Shown one piece after another: positions 39,710 through 48,664 of a stretch of DNA of 49,669 bases (position 1 is the first letter of the stretch; each line of letters opens with the position of its first letter). Below the pieces are notes generated by a model. It searched no databases, was not told the origin of the DNA, and worked only from the letters and a program-made list of their open reading frames with translations. The position numbers were made by a program, and so were the translations under genes. This DNA is from Actinomycetota bacterium (lineage in GTDB: Bacteria; Actinomycetota; Aquicultoria; SKW223): contig JAOADC010000066.1 in the NCBI GenBank assembly GCA_026417515.1, forward strand, positions 1 through 49,669, read 5' to 3'.

Positions 39710-40803
39710 CCAATCATTCCTTCACAAACAGTAACCTTATTTTTACCCTGCCTTTTCGATTCGTAAAGGGCTCTATCTGCTCTTCTTAGTATTACTTCAG
39801 CATTTTTTCCGTCTTCAGGAAAGGTTGCAATGCCAAAACTGATGGTAAGGCTCTTATTAAAAACTTCCTTTGTTCTTTCTGCAACATTTTTCCGCACCCG
39901 TTCTATGACTGTGCAGGCATCTTTTTTATCTGTCTGAGGCATCAGTATTACAAACTCTTCACCGCCAATTCTTGCAGGAATATCCATTTTTCTAAGTGAA
40001 TCTTTAATTATTTGTGAGACCTCTCTTAAAACTTTATCACCTTCTTCGTGTCCATATTCGTCATTAATGTTTTTGAAATTATCGAAGTCGCCTATCGCAA
40101 CGGACAGAACGCTATTGTTCCTCAACGATTTTTCGACTTCCTTTTCAAGAACTTCAAAGAAGAACCTTCGATTGTAAAGTCCTGTCAGTGGGTCCATAAT
40201 GGATAGGTGGTAGAGCCTCTTTGACAATTCTGTCAGCTGTTTGTTTTCCTGCTTTATTACAGCGTAAAAGATCATAATGGTTGCAGCAATAACGATTTCA
40301 AATCCTATCTGCCAAAGAACTTTTGAAGGATTCCTTACTTCTGTTATAGCATTAAGCAAGATAGGGTAGGAAAGAATAATAAGGATTTCGCTAAATATAG
40401 TCTCAATAGTAGAGAAGTTTATTTGTGCAAGTGGTATGACGACCAAGTAGAAGTAGAAAAAACCAACGAAAACTGAGTTTTCTCCACCTGTATACTTGAT
40501 CGCCAGCGAAAAAACCAGAGGGCAGAGAATGAGAGAGAGATAATGAAATGCCTTAAGGTAAACGATGTTCTGAATTAATCTTTCTTTAAAGGTTAAGAGA
40601 AGAAGCACGTAAAGAAGGTTGATTGCGACCAAAAGTTTAGGAAGGTTTGTAGCTATAAAATTCTTGCTTTCTAAGTTAATAGTTGAATGAAATGTCCAAT
40701 ATATGGCAAAGATTAAAAAGAAGCGAAGTAAACCTTTTGCTAGTTCAAATTTGAAAAGCAATTTTTCTTGGTTAATGTGGGTTTCAAGAATATTATCGGT
40801 CAT
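39706..40803 (-). CDS. Membrane-anchored diguanylate cyclase
   Basis: About 6 TM, DPLTGLYNRR, D.DNFK.IND.YGH..GD, RKMD I-site five residues before GGEEF. Confidence 0.92.
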   Translation of the reverse strand: MTDNILETHINQEKLLFKFELAKGLLRFFLIFAIYWTFHSTINLESKNFIATNLPKLLVAINLLYVLLLLTFKERLIQNIVYLKAFHYLSLILCPLVFSLAIKYTGGENSVFVGFFYFYLVVIPLAQINFSTIETIFSEILIILSYPILLNAITEVRNPSKVLWQIGFEIVIAATIMIFYAVIKQENKQLTELSKRLYHLSIMDPLTGLYNRRFFFEVLEKEVEKSLRNNSVLSVAIGDFDNFKNINDEYGHEEGDKVLREVSQIIKDSLRKMDIPARIGGEEFVILMPQTDKKDACTVIERVRKNVAERTKEVFNKSLTISFGIATFPEDGKNAEVILRRADRALYESKRQGKNKVTVCEGMIG

Positions 40804-40855
40804 ATGTTAGTTATCGGTATAACAAAAAAAATCTTTAATAGTTACTATAAGAACG

Positions 40856-41281
40856 CTAATCTTTGCTTGAGAGTTTCTTAAGCAAGTAAAGGAACTGTGA
40901 TAGTTCGTCGTCAGTAAAACTTGAAAAACTTTCTCTCAATGCACCGATTACTTCACTTCTTGCCTTATTGATAAATGACTGCGCTTTGTCAGTTAAGAAA
41001 TAAACCTTTTTCCTTTTATCAGGAGATCCTATTGTTGCCGAAGCAAAACCCTTAGCTTCTAATGAATCGAGCTGTTGTGAGACGGCGCTTTTTGAAATAC
41101 CAAGATGAGAAGCCAGTTCAGTGGGGCTGGAGGGACCTTTTTTTGATATGAAGACTACTATCTGCCACTGAACTGGCGTTAACTCTTTAAAACATAAAGT
41201 CCTTCGTTTTTGTGCTGAAAAATTCCTTCTAAATCTTTCAAATTCTTCGAATATTTCTTCAAGTAGCCTTTTTCTATTCAT
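40856..41281 (-). CDS. MarR-family transcriptional regulator
   Basis: LTPVQW.I, TELASHLGISKSAVSQQLDSLEAKG, DKRK....LT. Confidence 0.9.
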   Translation of the reverse strand: MNRKRLLEEIFEEFERFRRNFSAQKRRTLCFKELTPVQWQIVVFISKKGPSSPTELASHLGISKSAVSQQLDSLEAKGFASATIGSPDKRKKVYFLTDKAQSFINKARSEVIGALRESFSSFTDDELSQFLYLLKKLSSKD

Positions 41282-41286
41282 CTCAA

Positions 41287-42465
41287 TTACCTGGTAATCA
41301 TTTTCTTGAAAAGTGGAACGGAAATCGATGTCGTAGCAATTCCAAATAAAGCAAGAACGAGCATTTCGTTCTTAACGGAATTTATACCGCCACCAAGAAC
41401 CATCACCTTTCTCAAAGCCTCAATAGCATATGTTAATGGTATCGCTTTAGAAAGGTACTGCATAAAAACTGGCATCATTGAAATAGGGAAGAAAACTCCA
41501 GATAAGAAAAGCATAGGAAATTGGAACATAAAAAGTAATTGTGTTGCTGTTTCCTGTTCAGCAGCAGATGCTGATACAAGTATTCCAAAACCAACGAAAG
41601 AAAAAATTCCAAGTATCAGGATGATAAGAACCAGAATTAGGCTTCCTGCAATCTTTACACCAAAAACAATTGAAGCAAGAATTAAGACGATGCTTCCTTG
41701 AACAAGGCCTCTCACTGCCTGTGCCAGAGCCTTACCCAAAACGATAGCAACACGATTAATTGGTGAAATTAAAATTCCATCAAGTGTTCCAATCTCACGC
41801 TCTCGCGAAATGGCAGCAGCAAGGCCTGTTAGAACAGCAGTCATCACAATCATAGCAATAATTCCCGGAGCGACAAACTCAAAGTAATTGCGTTTTCCTT
41901 TGACAATTCCTTCTATCTTTACTTTTACTGGTTCAACAATGGATTTTATTGTTTCTGATGGCATTCTTTGTTGAACTGCAATCTTTTCAGCGCTGATTCT
42001 TTTTGAATAGATTTCAACCATTCTGGACAGGGCTTGAGTAAAGGTTTGAGATGCTTGAGGATTGGCCTGGTCTTCAACAACTATCAATTCTGCCTGCCTG
42101 AAAGAATCAATTTTTTTGCTGAAGTCTTTGTCAATAAAAATGCCACCATTAATTTCGTGAGAACGTATGCCTTCTTTTAAACTTTCTAAGGAATCATAGG
42201 TTTTTAACTTAAACATCTTTTCGTTAGATTCCAGTTTTGCTACTTCGAGCATTTTTACGAACTGCTTCGAACGTGAACCATTGTCCAGATTAACTAAACC
42301 AATTTTTGCGTTTTTTAATGCATTCTCGTTGGGAAAGATGAAGCCAACCATTATCATCATAAAGATTGGCATAATGAAAAAAGAAAAAAGCCTCATCCTA
42401 TCTCTTGAAAATTCAATCAAATCTTTTCTTGCTATAATCCAGATTTCTTTGAGAGTTTTCCTCAT
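41287..42465 (-). CDS. ABC-2 type exporter permease
   Basis: PGII.M, REREIGTL..IL.SP, LSGVFFP..MP, PLTY..EALR. Confidence 0.92.
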   Translation of the reverse strand: MRKTLKEIWIIARKDLIEFSRDRMRLFSFFIMPIFMMIMVGFIFPNENALKNAKIGLVNLDNGSRSKQFVKMLEVAKLESNEKMFKLKTYDSLESLKEGIRSHEINGGIFIDKDFSKKIDSFRQAELIVVEDQANPQASQTFTQALSRMVEIYSKRISAEKIAVQQRMPSETIKSIVEPVKVKIEGIVKGKRNYFEFVAPGIIAMIVMTAVLTGLAAAISREREIGTLDGILISPINRVAIVLGKALAQAVRGLVQGSIVLILASIVFGVKIAGSLILVLIILILGIFSFVGFGILVSASAAEQETATQLLFMFQFPMLFLSGVFFPISMMPVFMQYLSKAIPLTYAIEALRKVMVLGGGINSVKNEMLVLALFGIATTSISVPLFKKMITR

Positions 42466-42477
42466 TATTCAACCTCC

Positions 42478-43272
42478 TTATCCATGAATAATTCCTTCTG
42501 GTCTAGCTTTTTCAAATGCCCTGTCTCTTATTTCTTCGCCTGTAAGGTAAAGATAGACATCCTCAAGATTAGGGTTCTCTTTATGAGGAATAAGTTTTTT
42601 AAGATTTTCCACTGTATCGATAGCAACTATCCTGCCATGGTCTATAACAGCCACTCTATCGCAAAGAAGTTCAGCATCCAGCATATCGTGAGTTGTAAGG
42701 ACAACAGTAACGCCATGTTGCTTCAAATCAGTTATGAAATTTCTTATTAGATTCCTTGTTTGAGGATCAAGGCCAAGCGTCGGCTCGTCCAGGAAAAGAA
42801 CATTTGGTTCAGTGAGCAGAGCTCTTGCAATGTTTACGCGCTGCTTCATTCCTGTGGAAAACTTCATAACAAGAGTGTCTGCCCATTCCAACATATGAAG
42901 AAGTGAGAGCCATTTTCTTGCCCTTTCTCGAATCGTTTTCTCATCAAGGCCATACAGTTGTCCAAAGAAAAGAAGGTTCTCCATGGCTGTTAGTCTGTTG
43001 TAAAGAATTACTTTTTCAGCCACCAGACCGATGTTTTGTCTTACCCTGTCAGGTTCTTTAACAATATCGTATCCAGCAACGCTTGCAGTTCCTGAAGTTG
43101 GCATCAGAAGGGTCGTAAGCATCCTTATGGTGGTAGACTTTCCCGCCCCATTGGGTCCTAAAAACCCAAAAACTTCTCCCTGTTCAACTGTGAAGTTTAC
43201 TCCGTCAACGGCTGTAAAATTACCGAACTTTTTTGTAAGGTTTACCGACTCTATCATTGCTTTTCCGCTCAT
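42478..43272 (-). CDS. ABC-2 type exporter ATP-binding protein (DrrA-like)
   Basis: GPNGAGKST, FSTGMKQR, LFLDEPT.GLDP, TTH, LEDVYL.LTG. Confidence 0.93.
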   Translation of the reverse strand: MSGKAMIESVNLTKKFGNFTAVDGVNFTVEQGEVFGFLGPNGAGKSTTIRMLTTLLMPTSGTASVAGYDIVKEPDRVRQNIGLVAEKVILYNRLTAMENLLFFGQLYGLDEKTIRERARKWLSLLHMLEWADTLVMKFSTGMKQRVNIARALLTEPNVLFLDEPTLGLDPQTRNLIRNFITDLKQHGVTVVLTTHDMLDAELLCDRVAVIDHGRIVAIDTVENLKKLIPHKENPNLEDVYLYLTGEEIRDRAFEKARPEGIIHG

Positions 43273-43289
43273 TCAGACCTCCAAAAGTT

Positions 43290-43341
43290 AAGTATCTAAA
43301 TAATTTATATACTAAATTAATATTCACGTCAATAGATACTT
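43290..43341 (-). promoter_or_regulatory. Promoter (TTGACG-17-TATAAA) with overlapping palindromes; candidate MarR operator
   Basis: -35 at 43332-43327, -10 at 43309-43304; TAATTTA-N5-TAAATTA (43301-43319); AAGTATCTA/TAGATACTT inverted pair. Confidence 0.55.
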
Positions 43342-43382
43342 GAAAATTCGAACAATCTGTTGATATTATTAAGATGCAATTC

Positions 43383-43456
43383 TGGGGGATCGTCTAGCGG
43401 TAGGACGTGGGACTCTGGATTCCATAGCGGAGGTTCGAATCCTCCTCCCCCAGCCA
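43383..43456 (+). tRNA. tRNA-Gln (anticodon CTG)
   Basis: Acceptor TGGGGGA/TCCCCCA, anticodon arm TGGGA-CTCTGGA-TTCCA, GGTTCGAATCC T-arm, encoded CCA. Confidence 0.96.
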
Positions 43457-43482
43457 CCTCCAAAAAATAGTAGGATTTATAT

Positions 43483-44289
43483 ATGCGTAAGATAAATGAT
43501 TTGGACTTAAAAAAATGGAAGCAATATAAAGATATCATCACAGATAGCCTATGGATTTTTGAAGAAAGAGATAAATCTGGACCTCATAAAGGGGATTATC
43601 ATGGCAATTTCGTACCCCAAATCCCTTATCAATTAATTAGAAGGTTTACTAAAAAGGATGATGTCGTCTTAGATGCTTTTTTAGGAAGCGGAACGACATT
43701 AATTGAATGCAGAAGATTGCAAAGAAATGGAATTGGAATTGAGTTATTACCAGAAATTGCTGAGTTAGCCAAAGAAAGAATAAATCAAAAATCTTTATTT
43801 GACGGAAGAGTCTTTACAGAAGTTTTAGTAGGAGATAGCACAAAAATTGAAACGAGAAATAAAGTAAATGAAATTTTAAAATTTTATAATAGGAAAAATG
43901 TTCAATTAATTATTCTTCATCCTCCATACCACGATATTATAAAATTTAGTGATAATCCGAATGATCTAAGCAATGCAGGATCAGTTGAAGATTTCTTAAA
44001 TCTATTTGATAAAGTTGTCACCAACTTCATAGATTTGCTCGAAATAAATCATTATTTGGCAGTAATCATTGGAGATAAATATGAAAAATCTGAGTGGATT
44101 CCACTAGGATTTATGATATTGCAACGTTTACTTATCAGAGATGATTTGAAATTGAAGAGTATAGTAGTTAAAAATATGGTCAATAATCGTGCAAAAAGAA
44201 ACCAAGAAAACCTTTGGAGATATAGGGCTTTAGTTGGAGGGTTTTATATATTTAAACATGAGTATATCTTGTTGCTTCAGAAAAAATAA
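43483..44289 (+). CDS. Amino (N4-C/N6-A) DNA methyltransferase
   Basis: YHGNFVPQIP, VLDAFLGSGTT (motif I), GIE, ILHPPY (motif IV variant). Confidence 0.85.
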   Translation: MRKINDLDLKKWKQYKDIITDSLWIFEERDKSGPHKGDYHGNFVPQIPYQLIRRFTKKDDVVLDAFLGSGTTLIECRRLQRNGIGIELLPEIAELAKERINQKSLFDGRVFTEVLVGDSTKIETRNKVNEILKFYNRKNVQLIILHPPYHDIIKFSDNPNDLSNAGSVEDFLNLFDKVVTNFIDLLEINHYLAVIIGDKYEKSEWIPLGFMILQRLLIRDDLKLKSIVVKNMVNNRAKRNQENLWRYRALVGGFYIFKHEYILLLQKK

Positions 44290-45122
44290 TGAATAAGTTG
44301 ACACAAAAAGAATTAAAGAAACTCAAACTAGAATGCATGAAAAAAGATCATTTGATGCAATTAGCCAAAGATTCTGGCATCGATTCAAGAGGTAGTAGTT
44401 CAGAACTAATAGAAAAACTTATTGATATTTCCATGGATTTGATCGATGGTTTTATGAAAAAGAGATATTTGGATTTAATAAAAGAAAGACAAGAAAAAAT
44501 TATTTCTGATGAAGAATTAAAACAGGAGTTATTAAAAGTTAAGAACTACAAATGGGGCACGGTTCAAGGTGGATTAGATCAAATGATCCAAAGTCAGTAC
44601 GTAAGAAAATTTGCAAGATATGATGAACTTATAAATGAAGTAAGAAATAGATTTCAAGAAGAAATAAAAAGCTATTTGATTGCTACTTGGTATAATCATT
44701 GGACAACTGTCTTAATAGAAGATCATATTAGCCAGCATCCAAGAGTCATCCCAACGTTAAAACATAAACTAGGAATAGATATATTTTTCGATGATTATCC
44801 TTTCGATCTAAAGATAACTTATTTACGAAAAGATCATAGCTTAAACAGAAATTTGAAAAATCCTAAGGAAATAATTAAATGGCTTTATGAGAATCAAGGG
44901 GAACAAAGATTTAGTCCTAATAATAGAATATATATATTGCTACTTGATAAAAAAAATGTAGAAGAGAGTTGGAAATTGAAAAGTGATTTCGATTTTCTAT
45001 TCAACGAAATCGATAATTTTTTTGATAGCGCTAAAGTCACTGAAGAAGATCAGGTGACATTCTCTTTTAAAAATAGAGAATACACTTCTTTGGCAAAACT
45101 TCTTTTTATTTCAAAGGGTTGA
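44289..45122 (+). CDS. Putative restriction endonuclease (PD-(D/E)xK-like) with SAP-like N-terminus
   Basis: TAATG coupling to the MTase; E...GIDIFFDDYPFDLK motif; very AT-rich. Confidence 0.55.
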   Translation: MNKLTQKELKKLKLECMKKDHLMQLAKDSGIDSRGSSSELIEKLIDISMDLIDGFMKKRYLDLIKERQEKIISDEELKQELLKVKNYKWGTVQGGLDQMIQSQYVRKFARYDELINEVRNRFQEEIKSYLIATWYNHWTTVLIEDHISQHPRVIPTLKHKLGIDIFFDDYPFDLKITYLRKDHSLNRNLKNPKEIIKWLYENQGEQRFSPNNRIYILLLDKKNVEESWKLKSDFDFLFNEIDNFFDSAKVTEEDQVTFSFKNREYTSLAKLLFISKG

Positions 45123-45197
45123 AGCTTTTATTATTAAAATTTTAACATTTAGGAATGATTAACGATATATTATAAGACTTAAGAATCGTAGGCATTT

Positions 45198-46499
45198 ATG
45201 CATATTAATTTTAGAATTGATAATACAGCAAAGATTGCTGCGCTGCACACGGCTCTCATACTTATCATCACTCTTTTTTATTCGCTTTTATCAGGTCCTG
45301 TTTCAAATATCGTGGGATTAAAAAATCTACTTCCTGGTTTTGAGACCCTATCCAGGCAGGCGAGGATAGTAATTGTCTACCACACCATAGCTGTACCTTT
45401 TATAAGTCTTCTTGCTATTCTTATCCTGAATACTTTGAAAATTGAAAATCGTTTAAAAGATCGTTCTTGTAGCGCTCTCACTTTTGGATCAATAATGTCT
45501 TCTCTATCCGGTTTGATTTTTGCCTATTTCTCTGGTGGAGTGGTTCTACATGGACTGTTCGTAACAGGACTTGCAATCGTCTTCTATGGTGGACTTCAGT
45601 TTTTTTATGTGGTGCTAAATCCTAAGACTGAAGGATTTGGGCTAAACATAGAAAGAATCTCTCTTGCAGTACTGGTTGCATCAGTTCTTGTTTCAGCTGG
45701 CATTGGTGCATATATAGGTTCCCATTTTGGTTCAGGATTTAAGGCAATTCTTGCTGAAGACATAATAAGAAGAAGCCATAACTTACTTGAAAGAGCGTTA
45801 ATTTCTCATCTTCATATAATGGTTGCTCTGGTTGCAGCATCAGTGCTTTTCTTGCTCACAAGACATTTTGAATACTACAAGCAGAAAATCAAATCTTTTT
45901 ATTATCTTTTTCTAATTGGCGTTCTTGTCACATCATTTTCAACCTGGGCAGTTGTTATTAAATCGCTTGAGAAGCAAGCACATAAAATCATCAATATCGG
46001 GGCAGTGCTTTTAATTTTTGCCTCCTTTGTTTATGCCTTTCACGCTTTAAAGAAATACCTGACAAAAAAGCAATCAAATGTATTTGAAATGTTATCTGTT
46101 TACCACCTTTTTCTTGTTAATTTGAGCGTCACAGCCCCTGGAGTATATGTTGCCATCAATCTGCACTATTTTCGATCAGATAAAGCAATATCCATTGAGA
46201 GAGCCTTTGCTGTTGGCCACTGGCACATTCTATCTGCAACTTGTGCTCTGATTTTATTGGCAATCTTTTTTGATATGGTAGGTTTCAGAAAGAACAAATT
46301 ATTTAGTTCGCTTTCAGTTATTTCCAATGTTATGCTTTCCTTTTCTTTCGTATTTGCAAACCTTTATATGTTTACACTGAAAAAAGTTTGGATGAATGCA
46401 CTTGAATTATTTCTAGCGCCTGGTTTTCTTATTCTAGTTTTTCTGGTTCTTTATGCCATTTTTAAAACTTATTTTGATTATTCGAAGGAATCCAGTTAA
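45198..46499 (+). CDS. Hypothetical ~12-TM membrane protein with intramembrane His motifs
   Basis: Many hydrophobic segments; VYHT, LHG, SHLH, AHK, GHWH. Confidence 0.65.
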   Translation: MHINFRIDNTAKIAALHTALILIITLFYSLLSGPVSNIVGLKNLLPGFETLSRQARIVIVYHTIAVPFISLLAILILNTLKIENRLKDRSCSALTFGSIMSSLSGLIFAYFSGGVVLHGLFVTGLAIVFYGGLQFFYVVLNPKTEGFGLNIERISLAVLVASVLVSAGIGAYIGSHFGSGFKAILAEDIIRRSHNLLERALISHLHIMVALVAASVLFLLTRHFEYYKQKIKSFYYLFLIGVLVTSFSTWAVVIKSLEKQAHKIINIGAVLLIFASFVYAFHALKKYLTKKQSNVFEMLSVYHLFLVNLSVTAPGVYVAINLHYFRSDKAISIERAFAVGHWHILSATCALILLAIFFDMVGFRKNKLFSSLSVISNVMLSFSFVFANLYMFTLKKVWMNALELFLAPGFLILVFLVLYAIFKTYFDYSKESS

Positions 46500-46517
46500 G
46501 AGAGGTGGATAGAGACG

Positions 46518-46916
46518 TTGAAGCGTTTACTTGCAATAACATCAATCGTTTTTTCTTTTCTCTTAAATTCAATTAGTTTTGCTGGAAGTTTCTATTTTCC
46601 TTTCATTTCCCCTAAATATGAGTTTAATCCTGTGGCTATGGAAATGAAAAGATTATGGTATTTTTTTCTACCAGGGGATTTTCTTCTTTTTCTATCTCTT
46701 ATTCTTCTTCTTGCCGCACCATTTTTTATAAGGAAAAATCAGAAAATATTATCTAAATTGCTTTTTTCATCAGGAATTTTATCCATCATAAAAGGTGCTT
46801 TAAACACTTACTTTTACTGGATGATATTTAATGGAATCACTCCATCTTTTATGAACATAATTACAGGAATTGCCATCATCGTTTCTTCAAAAGCTTTGTT
46901 TCGGAGTCATCCTTAA
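46518..46916 (+). CDS. Hypothetical membrane protein
   Basis: GAGGTG SD before TTG; 3-4 hydrophobic segments. Confidence 0.55.
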   Translation: MKRLLAITSIVFSFLLNSISFAGSFYFPFISPKYEFNPVAMEMKRLWYFFLPGDFLLFLSLILLLAAPFFIRKNQKILSKLLFSSGILSIIKGALNTYFYWMIFNGITPSFMNIITGIAIIVSSKALFRSHP

Positions 46917-46953
46917 AACACGATGCTAATTGATATAATAATTCTCGTTATCA

Positions 46954-47029
46954 GGCGCATTCGTCTAGTGGCCTAGGATACGGCCCTCTCAAGGCTGAGG
47001 CACGGGTTCGAATCCCGTATGCGCCACCA
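46954..47029 (+). tRNA. tRNA-Glu (anticodon CTC)
   Basis: Acceptor GGCGCAT/ATGCGCC, anticodon arm CGGCC-CTCTCAA-GGCTG, GGTTCGAATCC, encoded CCA. Confidence 0.96.
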
Positions 47030-47097
47030 TTAATCTGTTTAATTGCAAACTTATCTGACTTATAATCAAAGTGCAAGATTGGTAAGGAAGTGACGCC

Positions 47098-47757
47098 ATG
47101 GTTTTGAGATCTCTGTTTCAGAGGAAACTTGAGAAACTACAAAAAGAAATAATTGAGATGGGTCAGATCACTTCTCAGATGATAAAGAATTCAATGGATG
47201 CATTGGTTGAGCGTGATGAAGAGAAGATAGCTAGAGTTCTTGAGTATGAAGACCTGGTTGATGATACATATTCCAAACTTGAAGCAAGATGCGCGAGACT
47301 TATAGCAACACAGGCACCTGTAGCGACTGACCTGAGGATAATAACTGCAGCTTTCAAGATTCTTAGCGATGTGGAACGGATTGCTGATTACAGTGTTGAT
47401 ATTGCCTTTGTTGCAAAGGAGATGATAAATTTACCGCCACTCAAACCTTACAAGGATTTTCCCAGAATGGCAGAGTTGGATACAGAGATGCTCAATCTTT
47501 CATTAAAGGCATATGCAGAACTTGATGTTGAATCATGCTATCAAGTTGGCGAAATGGATAGTGAGGTTGATGCCTTATACAGGCGGAGCTTTAATGAAAT
47601 CATCGAACTGATGAAAAAATCACCGGAGAATGTAACAAGGGGAGCCCACCTTCTCCTGGTTGGAAGATATCTCGAAAGAATAGGGGACCATATAACGAAT
47701 ATCGCTGAAAGAATTATCTATATTGCTACTGGTGAAGTTAAGAAGCTTAATCGTTAG
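47098..47757 (+). CDS. phoU: Phosphate signalling protein PhoU
   Basis: IATQAPVATDLR, D.ERIADY, D.EVD.LY, RYLERIGDH.TNIAE..IY..TG. Confidence 0.95.
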   Translation: MVLRSLFQRKLEKLQKEIIEMGQITSQMIKNSMDALVERDEEKIARVLEYEDLVDDTYSKLEARCARLIATQAPVATDLRIITAAFKILSDVERIADYSVDIAFVAKEMINLPPLKPYKDFPRMAELDTEMLNLSLKAYAELDVESCYQVGEMDSEVDALYRRSFNEIIELMKKSPENVTRGAHLLLVGRYLERIGDHITNIAERIIYIATGEVKKLNR

Positions 47758-47761
47758 GAAG

Positions 47762-48031
47762 ATGAGAAGAGCCCATATTTTTATATCCGGCAAGGTTCAA
47801 GGAGTCTGGTTCAGATCATCTACGAAAAGAGTGGCAGAAGAGCTGGGTTTGAGCGGTTGGGCAAGAAACCTTCCAGACGGAAGAGTCGAAGCAGTTTTTG
47901 AAGGCGATGAAGAAAAGATTAATAAAGCAATTGAATGGTGTCGGATAGGGCCTCCAAATGCACGCGTCGAAAAGGTAGATGTTATATATGAAAAACCTGA
48001 AGGTTTGAAGGGGTTTGAAATCAGGTATTAA
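47762..48031 (+). CDS. acyP: Acylphosphatase
   Basis: SGKVQGVWFR, GWARNLPDGRVE, GPP.ARV, FEIRY; ATG 47762. Confidence 0.93.
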   Translation: MRRAHIFISGKVQGVWFRSSTKRVAEELGLSGWARNLPDGRVEAVFEGDEEKINKAIEWCRIGPPNARVEKVDVIYEKPEGLKGFEIRY

Positions 48032-48033
48032 AA

Positions 48034-48300
48034 ATGGAAGAAAAAAACTATGTACCAATCATTACGCTTTCTAACGAAGTGGAAGCGCTTTCAATTCAAC
48101 AATATTTAAAAGAAGCAGGAATTCCTTCAATACTGCGGAAGTTTTCTATTCCAGCATTCGATCCTTCATTCTTTGGCGAAGGCGCAATTGGAATAGGACC
48201 TTTGCTCGAAGGAAGGTGGGGAGAGCTCCTGGTTCCTGAGGATAGGGCTGAAGAAGCTATTAAGATCATTGAGGAACTAAGAAAGGATCTCGGAATTTAG
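48034..48300 (+). CDS. DUF2007-like putative signal-transducing protein
   Basis: N.VEA..I...L.EAGI...LLVPEDRAEEA..II. Confidence 0.7.
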   Translation: MEEKNYVPIITLSNEVEALSIQQYLKEAGIPSILRKFSIPAFDPSFFGEGAIGIGPLLEGRWGELLVPEDRAEEAIKIIEELRKDLGI

Positions 48301-48518
48301 GAACTGTTTTCTTTTGCTTCAGCCTTCGTTGAGTTTGAATTTTTCCTTGAATCTGTAATATAAAAACCGCTTCCTTTAAAAACCAATCCAGCAGGATAAA
48401 GAACCTTTCTTACTTCTCCTCCACAAGCAGGGCAGGTCTTTTCAGGAGCGTCATAAACAGATTGAAATTTTTCAAAAACATATTCGCATTCTTTGCACTT
48501 ATATTCATAAATTGGCAT
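48297..48518 (-). CDS. FmdB-family zinc-ribbon protein
   Basis: MPIYEYKC..C...FE.FQ...CP.CGG...FKGSGFY.TD; GAGGTGG SD. Confidence 0.92.
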   Translation of the reverse strand: MPIYEYKCKECEYVFEKFQSVYDAPEKTCPACGGEVRKVLYPAGLVFKGSGFYITDSRKNSNSTKAEAKENSS

Positions 48519-48538
48519 CGCTTAACCACCTCTTTATA

Positions 48539-48565
48539 TTAGCAAATTAACTCGATGATTGCTAA
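48539..48565. promoter_or_regulatory. CIRCE-like inverted repeat (candidate HrcA operator)
   Basis: TTAGCAAAT-N9-GATTGCTAA versus consensus TTAGCACTC-N9-GAGTGCTAA; 20 nt upstream of the FmdB gene. Confidence 0.55.
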
Positions 48566-48664
48566 TATAGCGTATATTATTATACTACGCTTTCTAAAAA
48601 TTTAGAAAAACAGTAACAAACTTTCTATTGAAATGGTACAGTTTAAGTTGTAATTTATCTTTTT

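Noticed and set aside
43329-43541. 70-aa minus-strand ORF
   Set aside because: Antisense to tRNA-Gln
43430-46953. attL/attR-bounded integrative element at tRNA-Gln
   Set aside because: No duplicated tRNA 3' end and no integrase seen by eye
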